Of a stretch of 64,000 nt of DNA, positions 13,206 to 25,519 are shown piece after piece. Both the position numbers and the translations under genes were made by a program. The DNA lies in the NCBI GenBank assembly GCA_951406725.2, contig OX597829.1:23498001-23562000 (forward strand). Direction: 5' to 3'. The DNA comes from Octopus vulgaris. Taxonomy: Eukaryota. The number at the start of each line of letters is the position of its first letter. Within the stretch, counting starts at the first letter, position 1. Below the pieces are notes generated by a model, which had not been told where the DNA came from, ran no database searches, and saw nothing but the letters and a program-made list of their open reading frames with translations.

Positions 13206-13238
<33 letters not shown>

Positions 13239-13240
<2 letters not shown>

Positions 13241-13750
13241 ATAAATCCTCAAGTATAATCCGCATTTTTTCCCCAAAATTTAAAGGTCATGATCCTTAGT
13301 GTGAACTATATATGAGGTAAAAAAGGAAAAACATTTTCTAAGTAATGTCCGAGTCTCTATTTGCTGTCCGGCAATGTTTATTCAGATGCATTTAGTGATG
13401 TCGGGGGTGAAAATACCTTAAACTAAACCTGAAACCAATGAAGTCCTAAAAGAGTCATCCATAACTTGCAGTAAGCAACATTTATTAAACGTTATTACTG
13501 TTATTTCTTTATTTTCTGCAAACAAAATGCACAAAAAAGCTACACGTTTTCAATATGTAATATGTACGATAAAAATAAAGGACGCTACCACATACATTTT
13601 TACAAACGAAGGACATTATATAGACCGTCTTGACTCAAGTTAGAGAAGGGGTGCATATTATACACAAGGTTTAGGTTTTCCAGAGGTACAGCCCCCTAAA
13701 AATCACCTCCATATTATACTCAAGGGTGGACTATACACGAGGATTTATCG
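13239..13750. mobile_element. Tc1/mariner (pogo-like) MITE
   Basis: Ends CCATAAATCCTCAAGTATAATCCGC and GTGGACTATACACGAGGATTTATCG are inverted matches; TA on both sides. Confidence 0.75.
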
Positions 13751-13811
13751 TACATATATACAAATATATATATACATATATATAAATACACACACACACA
13801 CATATATATGT

Positions 13812-13850
<39 letters not shown>

Positions 13851-14249
13851 CATATATATATATATCCATATATTTATGTATGCATATATATATATATATA
13901 TATATATATGACAATGATCATTTCCAGTAGCCCTTATCTATAATTATATTTTTATAATTATATACATAAGAAAAATATATATTTATATATACATATATAT
14001 AGATATCTGTACATACATACACATATATATATATTTATACACACACACACACATACATACACACACACACATATACACATATAGAAGAACAGAATGGAGT
14101 ATCTAGAGCAAGAACACACATGGAAATGAAAAGTGCCACTGGGGTTACTGGTGTGTGACAAAAGATTTCCGGACTATGAACAGACTTGAAAATAAAAAAA
14201 ATAACAGTAATAAACAAGTGAAGAAAAAAAAATATATATATATATAAGA

Positions 14250-14834
14250 CATGGGATGAGGCAGTCAAGCTTGACCTCAGAGCGTTGGGCCTCACCGAGG
14301 CAATGGCGAAGGACCGAGATCTCTGGAGATATGCTGTGACTGCAAAGACCCGGGCTGCTTCCTGCATCAGTTCCGCATAGCCCCTGCCCATTCAAAGTAC
14401 CCCGGATCCCAGATCGTCCTGCTGTGCTTGAGGAGACCTGTTGAGTCAAGTACATGAACACTCCAAACACCCCTCCCCGCTGGTGCTCCCCTATATTTCT
14501 GCACCCACCCACCCCCCACATAAAAAGCACCATCCGAACGTGGCCGATGCCAGCACCGCCCCGACTGGCTTCTGTGCAGGTGGCACATAAAAAGCACCAA
14601 CCGACCGTGGCCGTTGCCAGACCCCTCTGGCACCTGTGCAGGTGGCACGTAAAAAGCACCCACTACACTCGCGGAGTGGTTGGCGTTAGGAAGGGCATCC
14701 AGCTGTAGAAACACTGCCAGACCAGACTGGAGCCTGGGGCAGCCCCTGGCTCCCCAGACCCCGGTCGAAACCGTCCAACCCGTGCTAGCGCGGAAAATGG
14801 ACGTTAAACGATGATGATGATGATGATGATGATG
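14250..14834 (+). mobile_element. RTE LINE 3' fragment
   Basis: ORF end (TWDEAVKLDLRALGLTEAMAKDRDLWRYAV), 3'UTR repeats, (GAT)n tail. Confidence 0.85.
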
Positions 14835-15349
14835 ATTGTGTGTATTTATTTGGCAAAAAAATAATAAATGAATAAATAAAATGACTATCCCAAAATACAA
14901 GAAATGTGTGCATTTCTAACTTTAAAAGTCCTGCTCCGTTTAAAAAGAAACTATCATAAACAATAAAAATGTAAATATGTGAAGTATTTTTATTATAGAA
15001 ATAGATGTTAAATACTATTTCGAACCAATGATTGCAGGGCTTGAAATCAATTGATATTAGGACATGTATTATCTATTTTCGTATTCCATTCTGAAGGTAG
15101 GCCTATTTTTTAAAATATTCACTGCATTGCTTGTGTGTATTTTTATAGTAAGATTGGTGGTTTTTTTTGGAGTTTTCGCTTTGATTTTTAGCAAGTGGTA
15201 TCTTTACCCTTTTCTTCAATCATTGTATATTATACCTGTATAGGTAGAAGTCTTGCTAGCCACCTCATTATTACTGTTTAAAACAGTAATAATATTTCAC
15301 ATATATATGTATATATATATGTATGTGTATATCTATCTATATCTATCTA

Positions 15350-15393
<44 letters not shown>

Positions 15394-15617
15394 AGAAACT
15401 TCCTTAATAAGCTTACAGCCTGGCTACTCAAAATCTTATATAGATTTTATCCTTATATTTTATTTATATATCTATAAATGTTTATAATATATGTGTGCGT
15501 GTGTGTGTGTGTGTATCTATCTATCTATCTATATATATATATATATATATAGTACTGATCCATGAAAGAAATTTCAACAAAAAAGTACATGTATTGTAAC
15601 CTTTAAATAATATCCTG

Positions 15618-16450
15618 TACTGAGCCCTGTACTGTTACGTTTATTCATAATAAAGTACAATTTTACGTTGGAAGCACATCGTTACAGTTATCTAAAAGAA
15701 TTTCTATCCATTACTCGACATTTAGGGATAGGAATAAACGTAACAGTACAGGACTCAGTAAATTAATTTGGGATCTAAAAGACCACAATGAACAATTTTA
15801 TTTAGAATGGTTGATTCTCTCAATCTCAATACCTTATGACAAAGGCAAAGAATTTTGTCTTCTCTGTAATTCTGAACTATTTTTCATTATTTTTCTAAAA
15901 ATCCCCTAGTAAACATGGTTATAGAGCGTGCATACCGATGTAAACATTGGCAAAAACACACCTTTTGCTCATATAAGTAATCTCTATCATTATATATAAT
16001 TTAAACATTAATTTTCTTTTATATTTAACATTTACTAAAAAAAATATCCCTCCTCTTTCTATAGGCTACTTCTGACGTTATATCATATAACGTTTTTTTC
16101 AAACAATATTAATAGTGTTCAGTAAATCACTATATATATCCATCATTTTCTATTAAAATGTCTTATTGATGAGTTTCATTTCTTCACTTCCCTGAAGAGA
16201 AGATTACATTGTTTTACACCATTATTCCTTTGGAATAATATCAGTGATATCTTCAAAACATGTGTCAGAAGTAAAAGTGTTTGAATTATACCTGTGTTAA
16301 ACTCCATTTATTTATTTATATATTATAGAAAAAATTCCACGTAAACCTGAAGTTTCTACCTTTAAAAACAAGGAGTTACAACCTCTTTACTTGTGCAATT
16401 TTTTGCTAACCTGGTAACTATTTATATATTTTTTCCGTGTTAATTGTTAA
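15618..16450 (+). mobile_element. Penelope-like element 3' fragment (GIY-YIG endonuclease C-terminus plus 3'UTR) with 5' inversion
   Basis: Translation FYVGSTSLQLSKRISIHYSTF...TGLSKLIWDLK...W...PY...CLLC...RCKH; 28/29-bp inverted repeat 15618-15646 versus 15732-15760. Confidence 0.75.
16186..16272 (+). ncRNA. Decayed hammerhead motif downstream of a GIY-YIG ORF remnant
   Basis: ACTTCC-CTGAAGA-GAAGAT...ATCTTC-AAAA(for GAAA)-CATGTG-TC-AGAAGT. Confidence 0.55.
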
Positions 16451-16599
16451 CAAGGGAAAAATACACACATCTATTTAACATAAATATATATATATAATAT
16501 GAATATATATATATATATAAATATATAAATATATAAATGTGTGTGTATTTTCATTTATTTTATATTTATATTTATTTATAACTTAACATTATGTACTTT

Positions 16600-16728
16600 A
16601 TAATCTCTGACGAAGCCTAGAGATATACCCAAGTACTTCAGTTTCATCTGCCTCTTACTTCGCTCCACTTGAGTAATAAAGGTAGAATGAGGTATTTTTA
16701 CCTCTTGGCTGAAACAGCTGTAAGTTAT
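16600..16728 (+). ncRNA. Type I hammerhead ribozyme motif (Penelope-like element type)
   Basis: ATAATCT-CTGACGA-AGCCTAGAG...CTCTTGGCT-GAAA-CAGCTG-TA-AGTTAT: intact catalytic core, stem II, palindromic stem III, GUA cleavage triplet, stem I with one bulge. Confidence 0.8.
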
Positions 16729-16933
16729 TTTCCCAATTTATAGTCATGTTACTTTATAATAATTACTGATATCCTTATATATTACTATATTTTATATCTT
16801 ATATGTAAAGCATAATATGTATATGTGTGTATATTATTGTAATTATCAGTTTAGTAAATAAATAAATAAGTTAACATAATATAATGTCTAAAAGTTGATG
16901 AACCAACAATTGGTCCCCTCCATTTTCATATTG

Positions 16934-16972
<39 letters not shown>

Positions 16973-17074
16973 CAAGGCAAAATTAAAAAGGCAGAATGCT
17001 AAATTAAAGGAAAGTTTTAATGAAAATGGGTGTATGGAAAATTTTGAAAAATTAATAAAATATATATATATATT

Positions 17075-17116
17075 AATTCAAACCGGTTTTTGTCACAATG
17101 TGACTTTTCAAGAATT
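17075..17116 (-). ncRNA. Hammerhead-like variant (TTGAAAA core)
   Basis: Minus strand AATTC-TTGAAAA-GTCAC-ATT-GTGAC-AAAA-ACCGGT-TT-GAATT; all three helices present, core nucleotides altered. Confidence 0.4.
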
Positions 17117-17429
17117 GTAAGGTGGAAAGAAAAAAATTTTTTTGTTTATGTTTGAGGAGGGGAAAAAAAGAAAAAAATTACATTGTTTTTTGAAAAAAAT
17201 AATTATAAACATGTACAAAAATTAAAAAATAGGTATTCCAATACATTGTAAAGTCTTTGTGTATCTCGAATTTAATGATAGTTCATGAAAAAATTGCCTT
17301 GGAGGACTGAGATCCATGTGATTAAATCCATGTGATTAAATCCATGTGCTGTTTAATTTAATTAAGGATGTCTGTTAAGTGCTTAGTAAGTATATATATA
17401 TATAATATATAATATATATATATATAACA

Positions 17430-18148
17430 GTGTGCTCTTCAGAGGTTATGCGTAAGGCCCTTTGTTGCTAGTAGAGGTAGGAACTCTTTCAACTTTACCC
17501 AGCCTATTCATAGTCTCACAGCTACGATCTTGGAGCATCCATCTCCACTACCAACTTGGTCACCTAGATAACGGAAGCTATCTACTACTTCTAGCTACCC
17601 ACCTAGCAGTTGATGGAGTTCGTTTTCTGTACATTTTTGTTTGTGCATCTGCCACACACAAAAACTATTTTCTCTGTTAACCTTCTTCTGGTATTGCTGC
17701 ATCTCTTATGTGTCCATAGCTTACACCAGGTACATCCAATGGAGTTTCTACGTATGCCTTTTCTACAGATCGAACAAGGCCATCTACCTGAAGGGATTTG
17801 TGATTTGTCTGCCTTCCTACTTACTAAGACTTTGGTTTTTGCTAGGTTTACTCTAAGGCCCTTTGAGTCTAGATCTTGCTGCCATACTTCAAATTTCTGA
17901 TAGTGATTCAGCTATAAGAACAAGGTCATCGGCATATAGGAGCTTCCAGGGGCAACCTGTCTTCAATTCCTCTGTTAATACCTGGAGGACTATGATGAAC
18001 AAAAGGGGGCTGAGGACTGACCCTTGGTAAACCCCTATTTGTACCCTAAATTCTTTGCTGTACTCATTGCCAACCCTAACCTTACTGACAGCATCCCTGT
18101 ACATGGCTTGTACAGCTCTCACCAACCACTCATCTATCCCTAGTTTCT
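17430..18148 (-). mobile_element. Internal RTE LINE RT fragment
   Basis: GVYQGSVLSPLLFIIVLQ...LLYADDLVL followed by an intact Cys4-His-Cys3 segment and the FRYLG motif. Confidence 0.85.
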
Positions 18149-20520
18149 ACCAGTGGTAGAAAATCTAAAGTTCATACTCTTACTCTTTTTCCAGGAATAT
18201 ATGAGTTTTTTTCTTGGAGTGTTACCAATAATTGTAAACATGATTTGTGCATAAACTTACCAATCTCAATTCCTTCTCGCCCATTCTTTGAAGTTCCACA
18301 CCATGATCATATCCTCACTTTCATATTCTTTAAAATAGAGTATCATGTATTTCTGTCTTCTGATTCATTCCCCCATTAACTTTCGTTAAATTAATTTCTT
18401 TCCATTTTACCAATTTTTGTTCATTCAACTCGTGAACCCATCTTATATTGTTTGACACCTTCACTATTTCTTTTCATTCTGACTAATACCAAATCTTCAA
18501 TTTTTCTAGTCTTTCTTGTTTCTCATTCTACCTACTTTTCTTATCCAATGGTAGCATGTTTTCTTTATTCGGTGTACATATTTCATTCCTTGTTGATAAA
18601 TGTTTTTATATATTTTTTTCTTAGGTATATATTTTATTTATTCAACCTTCACTCTTATCTCCCTATGCCAATTTCATTCAGACATCTAATGAAAACTGGC
18701 ATCACAACAGCTGCACTTCCAGTTTGTGATACCATATCATTGTCTCAACTCCCTGAGTCTCATCAAATATCTTCCTGCAAGACAATGATAAGACTTAAGA
18801 AAAAAGATTTTGATTAACGAGCACTCTGAATTAACCATATCTACATTGGTCCATAGAATTTCCAAATCTGATGTAATACAATTAATCTATCGACAAGAGA
18901 TATAGACAATGATGAATTCCAACTTTTATCAAAAGAACTTAAATTCAAATCTACATCAACAGTCAACCACCAACAACTGGAAGAGGATATTCAAAAGTTT
19001 TTTTTTTTAGAAGTTATGGCTTGTTGAGTCTTTCACCAATAAAAAATAGTGAGATTGATGAATACCTGATAAAGAATAATTCAAAATTCACCCTGCCAAA
19101 AGGAAGAAATACTCAACTGGACCAACACATTAATATCCTTTCTAAATTCCCACTTTGGTAAAATATTAGTCAGACCAAGTATTAGTTTCAAATTTTGGCA
19201 CAAGGCCAGCAATTTTGGAGGAGTAGTAAATTGATTACATCAACCCCAGTACTCAACTGGTACTTAATTCATCAAGGATGAAAGGCAAGGTTGACATCAG
19301 CAGAATTTGAACTCAAAACCTCAAGACAGATGAAATGCCACTAAGTATTTTGCCTGGCATGCTAACGATTCTGCAACTAGTCAACTTATTTCAGGTTAAA
19401 TATTACCAAACCAGAGAAGTCTGTGCTTAAACACCTCCAAAACAGTAACACAATAGTTATAAAAGAAGCAGAAAAAGGGAATGTTATTGTCACAATAGAT
19501 GCTTAATATTACCAGGATTTAGCTGAAGATCAATTGAAGGATGCAACATTTTACTGTGAAATACCTTAAAATCTAAATTACAGCGTCATGAAGTTCAGTA
19601 AGTGGGTTTCAGAACACAACTCACTTTATCACCCACAATTTTGAACCTACAACACTACACCTCCCTTATCACCAATAACTCACACCACCCAACCCCACCC
19701 CACAATTTTGAACCTACATTCAGCATCTTTTATGGCTTACCAAAAATACATAAATGGTGTGTATGTGTATGTGTATGTGTGTGTATGTGTATGTGTGTGT
19801 ATGTATAAGTGTATGTATGTGTGTATGATATATGTGTGTATATGCGTGTATGTATGTGTGTATGTGTGTATGTATGTATGTGTGTATGTATGCATGCATG
19901 TATGTATGTATATACGTATGTATGCATGCATGTATGTATGTATGTATCTGTGTGTTCAGCAAAAGAGATCAATAGAATAAGTACCAGGCCATAAAAAAGT
20001 CCTGGGGTCGATTTGTTCAACTAAAAACAATTCAAAGCAGTGTACCAGCATGGCCACAGTCAAATGACTGAAACAAGTAAAAGAACTACAGAAAATTTAT
20101 TGCAGATAAACTTTAACAACAAAACCTTATGCAGACCCCAGTTGAAAATTACTAGTATGGAGCATGTTAAACAAAGCCCTACACCATCTTAGAGCAGCTC
20201 AAGAAGAGGAACACAAGAATGAGAACATTATACTATTTATAGTGAAACACACCTCATGGTACCACAATATCTTTAATGTTGCCGAATTAAACTTGCCTGT
20301 CATTGGTCAGAGTAGCAAACTAAAAGATATAGTTACTAACCAAAACTGATTCAAAGTAAAAGCAACCAAAAAATTTGAAATAATCTTCAGCAATGACAAA
20401 GTTTGACGTAAATAACAATGATACAAACATTCATAGTATCCAAATGAAATGACAATTGATATGGTACATGCCAGTTCATACTTATCAATACAAAAATAAG
20501 AAGAATATTTACAAATGCAA

Positions 20521-21125
20521 ATCATCATCATTGTTTAACGTCTGTTTTCCATGCTAGCATGGGCTGGACTGTTCAACCGGAGTCTGGGAAGCTAGGAGGC
20601 TGCACCAAGCTCCAGTCAGATCTGGCAGTGTTTCTACAGTAGGATGCCCTTCCTAAAGCCAACCACACCATGAGTGTAGTGGGTGCTTTTTACGTGCCAC
20701 CGGCACAAGTGCAACAGCCACGATAGGTTGGTGCTTTTTATATGCCACCGGCAGGGAAGCCAGTCAAGGCGGCGCTGGCATCAGCCACATTTGGATGGTG
20801 CTTTTTACGTGCCACCAGCACAGGTGCCAGAGGAGGCTGGAAACAGCCATGATTAGATGGTGCTTTTTACGTGCCAACGGCACGGAAGCCAGTCAAGGCA
20901 GCGCTGGCATTGGCTACATTCGGATGGTACTTTTTACATGCCACTGGCACAGGTATCACAACTACGATTTCCATTTGATTTTTGTATTGATGTTGATGTA
21001 CTTGACTCAATAGGTTTCCTCAAGCACAGCAGATCATCTTATGATCCAAGATAAGCACAGCAGGCTGTCCTACAATCCAAGGTATATGGATGGGCTGAGG
21101 CTGCTATGTGAAGCTGGTGCAGGAA
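20521..21125 (-). mobile_element. RTE LINE 3'UTR fragment
   Basis: Shared tail plus four internal 62-67 nt repeats. Confidence 0.8.
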
Positions 21126-21316
21126 ATATGAACTTATAAAAGAAGAAATCTAATCTAGTGCATCAGATGCTTGAATTGTTAAGAGATATATATTGGCCAG
21201 ACAGAAAACTCATTATCAAAATGCTCATGAGTACAATTTAGTACATGACAACAATTTAGGGAGCCTGGTGTTCACTAGATACCATTAAGCAACCATTGCG
21301 AAACATGTCAGAAAAT

Positions 21317-21970
21317 ACAGTTCTATATTTAAGAGATGAGGAATTATGTACATTATTTAGTGGAGGCGCGTGGCTTAGTGGTTAGGGTGTTAGACTCATG
21401 ATTGTAAGATTGTGGTTTCAATTCCTGGACTGGGCGATGCGTTGTGTTCTTGAGCAAAACACTTCATTTCACGTTGCTCCAGTCCACTCAGCTGGCAAAA
21501 ATGAGTGATCCCATCCAGGTGAGGAATTTCTACGCCACTGAAACCGGGAAACTGGCCCTTATGAGCCTGGCATGGCTTGAGAAGGAACATTTATTTATTT
21601 ACATTATTTACACTCAACAGATATTTGTCCTCATCTTGTTTGTTGTTAACACAGTGTTTCAGCTGATATACCCTCCAGCCTTTTTCAGGTGTCTTGGGGG
21701 AAATTTCGAGCCTGGGTTCTCTTTTCTAAGGTATTTGTCGATGTTATTATTATTATTGTTGTTATTGTTATTGTTCAGGTCACTGCATAGAATCGAACTC
21801 AGAATCTTGGGGTTAGTAGCCCGCACTCTTAACCACTATGCCATATGCCCTTGACACCTGAATTTCCCCAAGACACTTGAAGAAGGGTGTATATCAGGGT
21901 ATATCAGCCGAAACGTTGTATTAACAACAAACAAGGTGAGGACAAATATCCATCGAATGTAAATAATGCA
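21317..21970. mobile_element. Penelope/Poseidon-type inverted 3'-end insertion with 12-bp TSD
   Basis: TSD ATGTCAGAAAAT at 21305-21316 and 21971-21982; same pLTR sequence present in both orientations; contains a SINE. Confidence 0.75.
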
Positions 21971-22724
21971 ATGTCAGAAAATGTTTGTAATATTCCCATT
22001 TTACAAACTGTACAACTCAAGTGAAGTTGAGAAAAGAAATGAGAAAAGACTTTCATTGAAGAATCCAAACCCCTTCAAAATAGACAATAATAATAATGAT
22101 GTTAATTAGTTGATGACGGTTGTGGTAGTAGTAGTAGTAGTAATAATAAAATGCTAGAAATTTTAACAGTAATGTTATAGTCATTTAAGGCAGGAATACT
22201 GTTTACTGTATCAAGTGTTCTTCATCATCCAATCCTTTAGAGACAACTCTGACTAAAATGTCTCTATGAATAAGCTCTGTCAATGTCAACAGTGATGGCA
22301 CACTCACCAAACCACGATGTCTAAGACGCACACTGATTGGTTAAAATGGTTTTATGAATAAGACGCTGATAATGCCAACTATTTTGGTATGCTACCCAAG
22401 ACATGACAGCTAAATTGCATGATGTCAGTATGAACTATGTTGGCACACTCACAGAATTATGATGTCTAAGCCACACTGTGATTGGCTGAAATACAGTTTG
22501 TAAAATACAGCTTGCTTGAGCCTACTGAAAACTATTTAAAGAATAAATTCAAGCATTCCACTACAGTTGTACATAGCATACCCATCAGTTAATATTGCTA
22601 CTATATAAACCTGAAGATTGCAGAAAGTATGAAAGTACTTGTCTTATCACAATATGTAATATTGTAAAATTGGGAAAAATACAAAAATAATACATAAAAA
22701 CCAGGCTATGTTGGAATTTCATTC

Positions 22725-22759
<35 letters not shown>

Positions 22760-22762
<3 letters not shown>

Positions 22763-23160
22763 ATCCAAACAAGAAAGCACAAAAAAACACAACGCGAGGA
22801 CGTGGAACAAATATAGTATTATTGGAAAGAAGGAGGGTTTATTGTTTCGAGCAGAGCTCTTCGTCAGAAACATAGGAGAAGGAAAGATCCAGAGGAGGGA
22901 AGACAGAGGAAAAAAATCGCCAACGGTACACACGCGGTCACATTTTGAATGACCGGAAGGAAATGGGTGAAGAAAAGTTCTTTCAAAGACAGGAGAGTGC
23001 AAAGGAGGTATGTGTGTGTGAGTGTGGATATGTGCATGCGCGAAGGTCTGCGTGTACATGTGTGTGCATGTGTGCAATGATAACACGTGTGTGTGTATGT
23101 GTGTGTGGTTGTGGCTGTTAATCTTTGCATGTTGTAGGGCTTAATAGTGTTTAAGGTCAA
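22760..23160 (-). mobile_element. Penelope-like element 3' end
   Basis: Hammerhead motif at 22837-22872, ORF-end-like LTLNTIKPYNM remnant, abuts (TA)n. Confidence 0.5.
22837..22872 (-). ncRNA. Minimal hammerhead motif in a Penelope-like 3' end
   Basis: Minus strand GTTT-CTGACGA-A-GAGC-TCT-GCTC-GAAA-CAATA-AAC; stem III degenerate. Confidence 0.55.
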
Positions 23161-23317
23161 GGAAGAAGGAATTGGGAGTGGCTCCTTTTGTCTTTACCCC
23201 AGGTCAGTAGTAGGTACTGCTAGTTTGAAGTATGTGTGTGTGTGCGTGTATGTATATGTATCGTGTGTGTGTGTGTGTATGTATGTGTGTGTTCGTGTGT
23301 GTATGCGTAGAGTTTGG

Positions 23318-23350
<33 letters not shown>

Positions 23351-23354
23351 ATAA

Positions 23355-23722
23355 ATAAGCTTGCTTACAAACTACATGGTTCCAGGTTCAGTCCCACTGC
23401 ATGGCACCTTAGGCAAGTGTCTTCTACTACAGCCTCGGGCCAACCAAAGCCTTGTGAGTAGATTTGGTAGACAGAAACTGGAAGAAGCCTGTTGCATATG
23501 TATATATATATATATATGTATGTGTGTCTGTATTTGTCCCCACTAACATCACTTGACAACCGATGCTGGTATGTTTATGTCCCCGTAACTTAGCAGTTTG
23601 GCAAAACAGACCGATAGAATAAGTACTAGGCTCACAAAGAATAAGCTCTTGGGTTGATTTGCTCGACTAAAGGCGGGGCTCCAGTATCGCCCCAGTCAAA
23701 TGACTGAAACAAGTAAGAGAAA
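23355..23722 (+). mobile_element. SINE family A
   Basis: Homology to 61059-61415. Confidence 0.85.
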
Positions 23723-24014
23723 GACTATATATATATATGCATATATGGGTACAGGATGTCACCAACAGTAAACAACATGAAATACAAACACAAATGAAAT
23801 GCACAAATAACAAGAGAGAAAAAACAAGTAGATAGACAGCCAACAACTGACAAAGGGTCATTCTTTGTATTACTTGTCCCATTTATTTCTCTTTATTTGC
23901 ATATATATATATACACATACATACACACACACACATATATATATATACACACATATATATCTGTGTATATGTATACCTATATAAGTGTGTATGTAATCTG
24001 ATTTGTATCACATA

Positions 24015-24141
24015 ATCTCCGAAGAGACCTTAGGATATTTTTGTAAATGTCTCATTTATAACTACATATTGACCTACCATAAATGGCTAATATAAGTAAA
24101 ATGAGACATACTTATCTGCATGGCCGAAACAGCTGTAAGAT
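24015..24141 (+). ncRNA. Hammerhead ribozyme motif, mutated copy
   Basis: ATCT-CCGAAGA-GACC...GGCC-GAAA-CAGCTG-TA-AGAT; core U4 changed to C; internal 11-bp stem ATGTCTCATTT/AAATGAGACAT. Confidence 0.65.
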
Positions 24142-24394
24142 GTAGGCTATATTTATATTTATATTCTCTTATACATATTGTACTAATTGTATAACATTAC
24201 TCCTTTATGTACACTGTTTTGTTCTACATTATTATGTTTGACCTTAAAGTTTCTTATGTGGTGGTTTAATAAAGTATGTGATTGGGTATTATCTGGTAAT
24301 TGATATTTGATTTGGATGTATTTCTCCACTTTCTTATTTTGTATATATATATACATATATATGTGTGTGTGTATGTGTGTATATATATATGTTC

Positions 24395-24845
24395 AAAGAC
24401 CCGACAAATGAAGTGAGTTCATGGCTCGCAGGACGGCCTGCTGTGCTAACCTTGGATCGTAGAGTGACCCGCTGTTCTTGAGGAAACCTATTGAGTCAAG
24501 TAAATCAACATCAAAATAGAAATTGTAGTTAAGACACCCGTGCCGGTGACACGTAAAAAGCACCGTCTGAACTTGGCAGATGCTAGCGCCGCCTGACTGG
24601 CGTCCGTGTCGGTGACATATAAAAGCACCAACCGATCGTGGCCGTTTGCCAGCCTGCTCTGGCCCCTGTGGGTAAAAAGCACCCACTACACTCACGGAGT
24701 GGTTGGTGATAAGAAGGGCATCCAGCTGTAGAAACACTGCCAAATGAGACTAGAGCCTGGTGCAGCCTCCATGGCTTACCAGACCCCGGTCGAACCGCCC
24801 AACCCATGCTAGCATGGAAAACGGATGTTAAATGATGATGATGAT
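24395..24845 (+). mobile_element. RTE LINE 3'UTR fragment
   Basis: Ends AACCCATGCTAGCATGGAAAACGGATGTTAAATGATGATG. Confidence 0.8.
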
Positions 24846-25135
24846 ATATCTATATATATATATATGTATATATAAGTATATATATATATATATGTATATA
24901 TATGTATATACATATATATACATGCATATACATATATATATACATACATAAATATATACATACATATACATATATATATACATACATATATATATACATA
25001 CATATACATATACATACATATATATATACATACATATATATATACATACATATACATATATATATACATACATATATATATATATACATACATATACATA
25101 TACATACATATACATATACATACATATATATATAT

Positions 25136-25191
<56 letters not shown>

Positions 25192-25238
25192 CATCATCGT
25201 TTAACGTCCGCTTACACGATGATGATGATATATATACG

Positions 25239-25272
<34 letters not shown>

Positions 25273-25519
25273 AAGGAAACACATCAAGATTCATACCCCA
25301 TAATTATGCATACATAAGTATAGAATGAGATAGTATGTGTATATGTACACATGCATACACACACACGTGTGTGTGTGTGTATGTATGTGTGTGTATATAT
25401 ATATATATCACATAAACACATGTGTGTGTATATACACGTGCGCTTGAGCAGAGCCATCTACTCTGAGGTTTTTTTTTTTCATCTTCAAATCACATCCCAT
25501 CATTCAGAAACCCGAGGTG

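Larger units (their letters stand above)
18880..22090 (+). mobile_element. Old, fragmented Penelope-like element (RT N-terminal part plus GIY-YIG) interrupted by younger insertions
   Basis: Remnant peptides INLSTRDIDNDEFQLLSKELKF, IVIKEAEKGNVIVTID.YY, FYGLPKIHK and NLI.CIRCLNC.EIYIGQT; hammerhead-like motif CTGAAGA...GAAAGTACTT at 22611-22640 downstream. Confidence 0.75.
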
